The position numbers and the translations under genes are program-made. Below, piece after piece: positions 59,213 to 64,000 of a stretch of 64,000 nucleotides of DNA (its first letter is position 1; every line of letters starts with the position of its first letter). The notes beneath the pieces were generated by a model. It was not told where the DNA came from and did not search any database. It worked only from the letters and a program-made list of their open reading frames with translations. Origin of the DNA: Candidatus Omnitrophota bacterium. GTDB lineage: Bacteria; Omnitrophota; Gorgyraeia; Pluralincolimonadales; Pluralincolimonadaceae. The stretch lies in NCBI GenBank assembly GCA_003141835.1, contig PLNR01000010.1, positions 3,768-67,767 on the forward strand, given 5' to 3'.

Positions 59213-59240
59213 TTGACAAATGATACCATTGTGGTATCAT
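59213..59240 (+). promoter_or_regulatory. Promoter TTGACA-16-TATCAT containing the perfect inverted repeat GATACCA-TTG-TGGTATC (putative Rrf2 operator)
   Basis: TTGACA 59213-59218. Palindrome 59222-59238. -10 at 59235-59240, immediately before the ATG. Confidence 0.5.
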
Positions 59241-59241
59241 T

Positions 59242-59658
59242 ATGGCCATGAGCATAAGGTTGATAAACAGGAATACGGATTACGCCGTGAGGGCGCTGTG
59301 CTACATGGCGAGGAAAAAAGAGGGGCTGACGTCGGTGCCGGAGCTTGTGAAGAGCCTAAGGATACCGCGGCCGTTCCTCAGGAAGATACTGCAGGTACTG
59401 CATAATAAAGAGCTTCTTATTTCCCAGAAAGGCGCTGGCGGCGGATTCAAACTGGCGCGCGAGCCGAAGAAGATATCCTTACTGGAAGTCGTCAAGGTAT
59501 TCCAGGGTCCCATCAAATTAAGCGAATGCGTACTTCAAAAGGAGGCATGCCCGAACAAAAAGAATTGCTTTTTAAGGAGGAGGCTCGGTACAATAGAGCA
59601 GTTCATAAACATCCAACTGAAACCGATAACAATAGAGGGGATGATCCATGGAAACTAA
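59242..59658 (+). CDS. Rrf2-family transcriptional regulator (NsrR/IscR-like, 3-Cys cluster ligands)
   Basis: N-terminal wHTH (TDYAVRALCYMA). C-terminal C-x8-C-x5-C (ECVLQKEACPNKKNC). The second ATG at 59248 is the likelier leaderless start. Confidence 0.8.
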   Translation: MAMSIRLINRNTDYAVRALCYMARKKEGLTSVPELVKSLRIPRPFLRKILQVLHNKELLISQKGAGGGFKLAREPKKISLLEVVKVFQGPIKLSECVLQKEACPNKKNCFLRRRLGTIEQFINIQLKPITIEGMIHGN

Positions 59659-61315
59659 AATGTTCTGTAGGCAATGCGAGCAGACCGCGCAGGGTTCGGG
59701 CTGCACCATGCAGGGAGTCTGCGGGAAAGACCCGACGACGGCGACGCTCCAGGACCTCCTCATATACGCGATGAAAGGCATCGCGGTCTACGGCAACATG
59801 GCGCGCGAGCTCGGCATAAAGGATAAAGAGGCCGATCTCTTCCTGAAAGAAGGGCTTTTTACTACCGTAACGAACGTTGATTTCGACCCGGAGCGGCTCA
59901 AGCAATTCCTGACGCGCGCGTATGAGGCCAAGGAAAAGATGAAGGGGCTCTTCCTCCGGGAATATAAGAAGAAATACGGCAAGGATTTCATGACACGGCT
60001 TCCGGCCGCGACCGACTGGAAACCCGCGAACTCGATAGAAGGGCTTGTAGACCAGGGCAGGCAGGTGGGCGTGCTTTCATGGCCTGCGACAGATGAGGAT
60101 TCACGCAGCCTGCAGGAACTCCTGCTGTTAGGCCTTAAAGGCATGGCGGCCTACGCCGACCACGCCGCGATCCTCGGGCTTGAGGACGAGGAAGTGGACG
60201 CGTATTTCCACAAGGGGCTCGCGAAACTCGCCGAAGACAACCTCTCGGTCGAAGAGGCCCTCGCGTTGAATATGGAGTTCGGGAAGGTGAATTTCAAGTG
60301 CCTCGAGCTCCTTGATAAGGCCAACACAGGGCATTTCGGCAACCCGTCCCCGACCAGGGTGAAACTGGGCTTAAAGAAGGGCCCGGCGATAATCGTCACG
60401 GGCCATGACCTCCTCGACCTCGAAATGCTGCTGAAGCAGACAGAGGGGGAAGGAATAAATATTTACACGCACGGCGAGATGCTGCCGGCGCACGGATATC
60501 CTGCTTTCCATAAATATAAACACTTCGCCGGGCATTTCGGGACCGCGTGGCAGAACCAGCAGAAGGAATTTGACGGCGTGCCTGCCGCGTTCCTGTTCAC
60601 GACAAACTGCATCCAGAAGCCGCGCGACTCCTATAAGGCGCGGGTATTCACGACCGGGCTGGTCGCGTGGCCGGGCGTCACCCATATCCCAGGGTTCGAC
60701 GATAAAGATTTTTCGCCGGTCATCAGGAAGGCGCTCGAGCTCGATTGGCTCAAAGCGGATAAGATCGAAAAGGAAATAGTCGTCGGCTTTGGCCATAACG
60801 CGGTCCTGGGCGTCGCCGACAGGATCGTCGGATCCGTAAAAGAGAACAGGATACGCCGTTTCTTCCTCATCGGCGGATGCGACGGCGCGAAGCCCGGCAG
60901 GAATTATTATACCGAGCTCGCCGAGAAAGTCCCGAAAGACTGCGTGATACTTACGCTTGCCTGCGGAAAATTCCGCTTCAACACGCTCGAATTCGGCGAT
61001 ATCGGCGGCATCCCGCGGCTGCTCGATGTGGGACAGTGCAACGACTCGTATTCGGCGATAAAGATCGCCCTGGCGCTCGCCGGCGCGTTCAACTGCGGCG
61101 TCAACGACCTCCCGCTTTCGATAATACTTTCCTGGTATGAGCAGAAGGCGGTCTGCATCCTGATCACGCTTCTTTCACTGGGCGTGAAGAACATAAGGAT
61201 AGGTCCGTCGCTGCCGGCATTCGTGTCGCCGAACGTCCTCAACGTCCTCGTCGAGAAATTCGGCGTGAAACCAATTACGACGCCCGAGGCGGACTTGAAG
61301 GAGATTTTGGGATAA
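59648..61315 (+). CDS. hcp: Hybrid cluster protein / hydroxylamine reductase
   Basis: Collinear by eye with E. coli Hcp from MFCRQCEQT through the C-terminus. Alternative start at ATG 59660, matching the E. coli MFCxQCEQT start. Confidence 0.9.
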   Translation: METKMFCRQCEQTAQGSGCTMQGVCGKDPTTATLQDLLIYAMKGIAVYGNMARELGIKDKEADLFLKEGLFTTVTNVDFDPERLKQFLTRAYEAKEKMKGLFLREYKKKYGKDFMTRLPAATDWKPANSIEGLVDQGRQVGVLSWPATDEDSRSLQELLLLGLKGMAAYADHAAILGLEDEEVDAYFHKGLAKLAEDNLSVEEALALNMEFGKVNFKCLELLDKANTGHFGNPSPTRVKLGLKKGPAIIVTGHDLLDLEMLLKQTEGEGINIYTHGEMLPAHGYPAFHKYKHFAGHFGTAWQNQQKEFDGVPAAFLFTTNCIQKPRDSYKARVFTTGLVAWPGVTHIPGFDDKDFSPVIRKALELDWLKADKIEKEIVVGFGHNAVLGVADRIVGSVKENRIRRFFLIGGCDGAKPGRNYYTELAEKVPKDCVILTLACGKFRFNTLEFGDIGGIPRLLDVGQCNDSYSAIKIALALAGAFNCGVNDLPLSIILSWYEQKAVCILITLLSLGVKNIRIGPSLPAFVSPNVLNVLVEKFGVKPITTPEADLKEILG

Positions 61316-61361
61316 TTATGGCGTATAATATATAGACACTAAAAAAAGGAGGGCGTGTACC

Positions 61362-61643
61362 ATGATGAGAATGATGGGTGTGCTGGTCCTGATCCCTGCA
61401 TCCGCGTTGCTTACAGCAAGCTTTTTTGTATTGTTCGCGCTCGAAAGAGCAAAAGAGAAGGGCTTGAAGAACTTCGGAAAAGTAGTTGCCGTTGTCTTGA
61501 TCGTCGTGTCCGCGCTGCTATATGCGAAAGGCATTTATACCATCGCGACAGGCAAATGCCCGATGATGCAGGACATGCAGGGGATGTGCCCGATGGGTAA
61601 AGGAATGGGCGGAATGCCCGGCAGGATGCCCGGAGGGAAATAA
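61362..61643 (+). CDS. Small membrane protein with a Met/Cys-rich C-terminal tail (putative metal-binding)
   Basis: Two TM segments, then GKCPMMQDMQGMCPMGKGMGGMPGRMPGGK. RBS AAGGAGGG. Confidence 0.45.
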   Translation: MMRMMGVLVLIPASALLTASFFVLFALERAKEKGLKNFGKVVAVVLIVVSALLYAKGIYTIATGKCPMMQDMQGMCPMGKGMGGMPGRMPGGK

Positions 61644-61669
61644 GTAATTTAGAAGGGACGTTTCATTTA

Positions 61670-61713
61670 GGGACACTTCACTTTTTCAGGTAATGGTGAA
61701 GTGTCCTTTTTTT
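61670..61713 (+). terminator. Rho-independent terminator: perfect 11-bp stem GGACACTTCAC / GTGAAGTGTCC plus T7
   Basis: Stem at 61670-61681 and 61696-61706, TTTTTTT at 61707-61713. Confidence 0.8.
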
Positions 61714-61790
61714 GAAGCGCCCCCTGTTTTTTGCGTAAACCTTTCGGGCCGGGAAACGTCTAACTATGATAATAAGCATAAATATTAATG

Positions 61791-61842
61791 TTGACATCTC
61801 CGTATGTATGATATATCATACAAATCATACAATTCATACAAT
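61791..61842 (+). promoter_or_regulatory. Promoter TTGACA-17-TATCAT overlapped by three tandem 9-bp repeats TCATACAAW
   Basis: TTGACA 61791-61796, -10 at 61814-61819. Repeats at 61816-24, 61825-33 and 61834-42. SD GGAGG before ATG 61863. Confidence 0.5.
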
Positions 61843-61862
61843 AACACATTACGGAGGTTAAG

Positions 61863-62102
61863 ATGAAGACTGAATTCAAGGGCGGCCCGGGCGGCGGGTT
61901 CCACAGCGTGGTGACTGTAGGTGAGAGGGGACAAGTGGTGGTTCCCGCGGACATAAGGAAGACGTTCAAGATAAAGTCCGGCGATAAGCTTGTCGTCTTC
62001 GCCAAACCGGACGGCATGATCGGGCTTATACAGGCCGATGAGTTCAACCGTTTCCTTAATGAGGCGAAAAAGGTGCTTTCCAAACTAAAGGGCAAATTCT
62101 GA
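61863..62102 (+). CDS. AbrB/MazE/SpoVT-family swapped-hairpin DNA-binding protein
   Basis: GERGQVVVPADIRKTFKIKSGDKLVVF matches the SpoVT/AbrB domain pattern. 79 aa. Confidence 0.65.
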   Translation: MKTEFKGGPGGGFHSVVTVGERGQVVVPADIRKTFKIKSGDKLVVFAKPDGMIGLIQADEFNRFLNEAKKVLSKLKGKF

Positions 62103-62106
62103 CACT

Positions 62107-63465
62107 GTGAACAAAAATATTTTCATATATGCTTTTTGTTTTATCCTGCTGCTGAGCGCACCGGCTCCGGCGGAAGAAGCGCCGGCGGCTCCGAATCCCG
62201 CAACTCCCATGACGTGGGACGACTGCGTCAAGGAAGCCGCGAAGAATAATCCCGGCCTCGTCTCAGCCCAGCAGTCCATAAAGAGTTCCCAGGCCGATAA
62301 GACGATAACCGCAAGCGGCCTATACCCGCAGATAAGCACTGATCTTAATGCTACCAGGTCAAGAAGTTCGGGCGGAACCCAGTCAAGCGGGTCCAGCAGC
62401 ACCAGTGGCACCGGCAGCACCGCCGGTTTGTCAGGCAGCTCTAATAATGCCGTCAATAATTATAATTACGGTGTCACCGGCAACCAGCTCCTATTCGACG
62501 GTTTCCAGACTATAAATAAGGTGAACGCGGCCGGGGAAAACATCAAAGCCGCCCAACAGAGCTATAATTTTACGTCCTCGCAGGTCCGGCAGCGCCTCCG
62601 CACGGCTTTCGTTAATTTGCTCAAGGCCCAGGAATCGGTCAAGATAAGCCAGGAGATCTATGAGCGCCGCCGCCAGAATTATGAACTGGTGACCCTGCGC
62701 TATGAGAGCGGCAGGGAAAATAAAGGTTCTCTCCTTACCGAGGGGGCGAACGTCAGGCAGGCCCAGTATGACATCTCCGTGGCGAAAAGGAATATCGACC
62801 TCGCGCGGCGCCAGTTGACAAAAGAGATGGGCCTCCTGCAGCTTGTGCCTGTGGAAGCGAAAGGCGATTTTATCGTCAACGATTCCGCGCGCGAGAAACC
62901 GGATTTTATCGCGCTCTCCTCGAACCACCCCTCGCTCCAACAGCTTATAGCCCAGAAGAACGCCGCGGCTTATAACGTGAAAACGGCCAAGGGCGAATTT
63001 TTCCCGACGATCAGCGCGCAGGGCAGCGCCAATAAAAACGATACGCGGTGGCCTCCCGAAGGCAACCAGTGGAGCATAGGCGCGGCGGTCTCATTCCCGA
63101 TATTCGAGGGCTGGAAGCGCGTAGCTGATGTCTCCAAAGCCAACGCCCTGCTGACAAAAGCGGAAGCGGACGAAAGGAACTCCAGAGACGGTATAATACA
63201 GAGCCTCACCGACGCGTGGACGAGCCTGCAGAACGCCCTGGAAAACGTCGACGTCCAAAACCAATTCCTGACCGCGAACGAAGAGCGCACCAAGATAACC
63301 GAGGCGCAATATTCCATAGGATTTGTGTCGTTCAACGACTGGATAATTATCGAGAATAATCTTGTTTCGGCGAAGCAATCATATTTAAACGCCGAGGCCC
63401 TGGCCCTGACAGCAGAGGCCAACTGGATACAGGCGAAAGGAGAAACTCTTGAAAATGTTCAATAA
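62107..63465 (+). CDS. TolC-family outer membrane efflux protein
   Basis: Signal peptide. Two-repeat OEP architecture with Q/A-rich coiled coils. Ser/Gly-rich insert. Confidence 0.75.
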   Translation: MNKNIFIYAFCFILLLSAPAPAEEAPAAPNPATPMTWDDCVKEAAKNNPGLVSAQQSIKSSQADKTITASGLYPQISTDLNATRSRSSGGTQSSGSSSTSGTGSTAGLSGSSNNAVNNYNYGVTGNQLLFDGFQTINKVNAAGENIKAAQQSYNFTSSQVRQRLRTAFVNLLKAQESVKISQEIYERRRQNYELVTLRYESGRENKGSLLTEGANVRQAQYDISVAKRNIDLARRQLTKEMGLLQLVPVEAKGDFIVNDSAREKPDFIALSSNHPSLQQLIAQKNAAAYNVKTAKGEFFPTISAQGSANKNDTRWPPEGNQWSIGAAVSFPIFEGWKRVADVSKANALLTKAEADERNSRDGIIQSLTDAWTSLQNALENVDVQNQFLTANEERTKITEAQYSIGFVSFNDWIIIENNLVSAKQSYLNAEALALTAEANWIQAKGETLENVQ

Positions 63466-64000
63466 GAATTGGAAGGTGTTCCTCGTCATGATCATCGTTA
63501 TCGGAGTCGCGGCATTCTTCTATATGAGGTCGAAGTCCGGTTCCGCGTCTAAGGAAGAGAGCAAGGAGATAACGCCCACCGTAGATTTTATCGAGAGTTA
63601 TGTCACGACGACAGGCACGGTCCTCCCGCAGAACCGCCTTGCGCTTAAGCCGCCGGTTGCCGGCCGCGTCGAGCAGATACTCGTCAAGGAAGGTGAGATG
63701 GTAAAGACGGGCCAGACGCTGGCGTGGATGAGTTCGACCGAGAGGGCGGCGGTATTGGATGCGGCCAGGGGCAAGGGGGAAGCCGAACTTAAATATTGGG
63801 AAGATGCCTATAAACCGATACCTATATTGTCGCCTATCGACGGTGAGGTTATAGTCGAGACGGTCCAGCCCGGGCAGACATTGACGACCGCCGATGCCGT
63901 GCTGGTATTGTCGGACCGCCTGATAGTAAGAGCGCAGGTAGATGAAACCGATATCGGTAAGGTCAAATTGCAGCAGCCCGCGATCATAAGCCTCGACGCC
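63455..64000 (+). CDS. Efflux periplasmic adaptor (membrane fusion protein, HlyD/RND-MFP family), 3'-truncated by the window end
   Basis: N-terminal TM anchor. LKPPVAGRVEQILVKEGEMVKTGQTLA lipoyl/beta-hairpin motif. The frame is open to position 64000. Confidence 0.7.
   Translation, partial: MFNKNWKVFLVMIIVIGVAAFFYMRSKSGSASKEESKEITPTVDFIESYVTTTGTVLPQNRLALKPPVAGRVEQILVKEGEMVKTGQTLAWMSSTERAAVLDAARGKGEAELKYWEDAYKPIPILSPIDGEVIVETVQPGQTLTTADAVLVLSDRLIVRAQVDETDIGKVKLQQPAIISLDA

Overview
This is a 64 kb, gene-dense bacterial chromosomal window with roughly 55% GC. No rRNA, tRNA, CRISPR array, transposase or integrase was recognised. The gene content points to a strict anaerobe, probably from a poorly characterised lineage.

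Recognisable content, in order along the window:
- Two tandem secreted Amidohydrolase_3 paralogs followed by an outer-membrane beta-barrel channel.
- An ABC-F ATPase, a roughly 1000-aa autotransporter, a lipoprotein esterase and a secreted ankyrin-repeat protein encoded by near-identical 99-bp DNA repeats.
- Three paralogous secreted CBM-like beta-sandwich domains, one of them fused to a large (alpha/alpha)6 glycoside-hydrolase-like protein carrying a Tyr-rich DYSKYY tandem repeat.
- A YkgJ-like Cys protein next to a B12-binding radical SAM enzyme, a DEAD-box helicase and a large F5/8-C plus six-hairpin glycoside hydrolase.
- A tightly coupled five-gene operon: receiver, PAS histidine kinase, receiver, a FemAB-like (DUF482) transferase, and a TIGR03916-type DNA-modification/repair-like radical SAM protein with a helix-hairpin-helix tail.
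- A class A beta-lactamase-like gene.
- An iron and redox island: MbfA-like erythrin-VIT1 protein, ExbBD, AzoR, a two-subunit 2-oxoacid:ferredoxin oxidoreductase, superoxide reductase, and an unusual thiol peroxidase (Tpx) fused to pterin-4a-carbinolamine dehydratase.
- A glycan-synthesis trio (epimerase, GT-C-like membrane protein, GT2), cstA, an HD-GYP protein, pgi and a LOG-family gene.
- A complete Hnd-type [FeFe]-hydrogenase system (hndABCD, then a TM1266-like regulator, an aspartase-like gene, hydF, hydG, hydE).
- An Rrf2/NsrR-like regulator with hcp, and the start of a TolC-MFP efflux operon preceded by an AbrB-like gene.

At the DNA level the most striking signal is a conserved, near-consensus sigma70-type promoter cassette present four times. 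Each copy, and several other promoters, places TATAAT only 7-11 nt upstream of an ATG start, which implies leaderless transcripts. Perfect-stem intrinsic terminators follow hndD, the secreted CBM-like gene before the Rrf2 regulator, and the small Met-rich protein gene. There is also a 9-bp tandem triplet operator-like repeat and a perfect palindrome inside the Rrf2 promoter.
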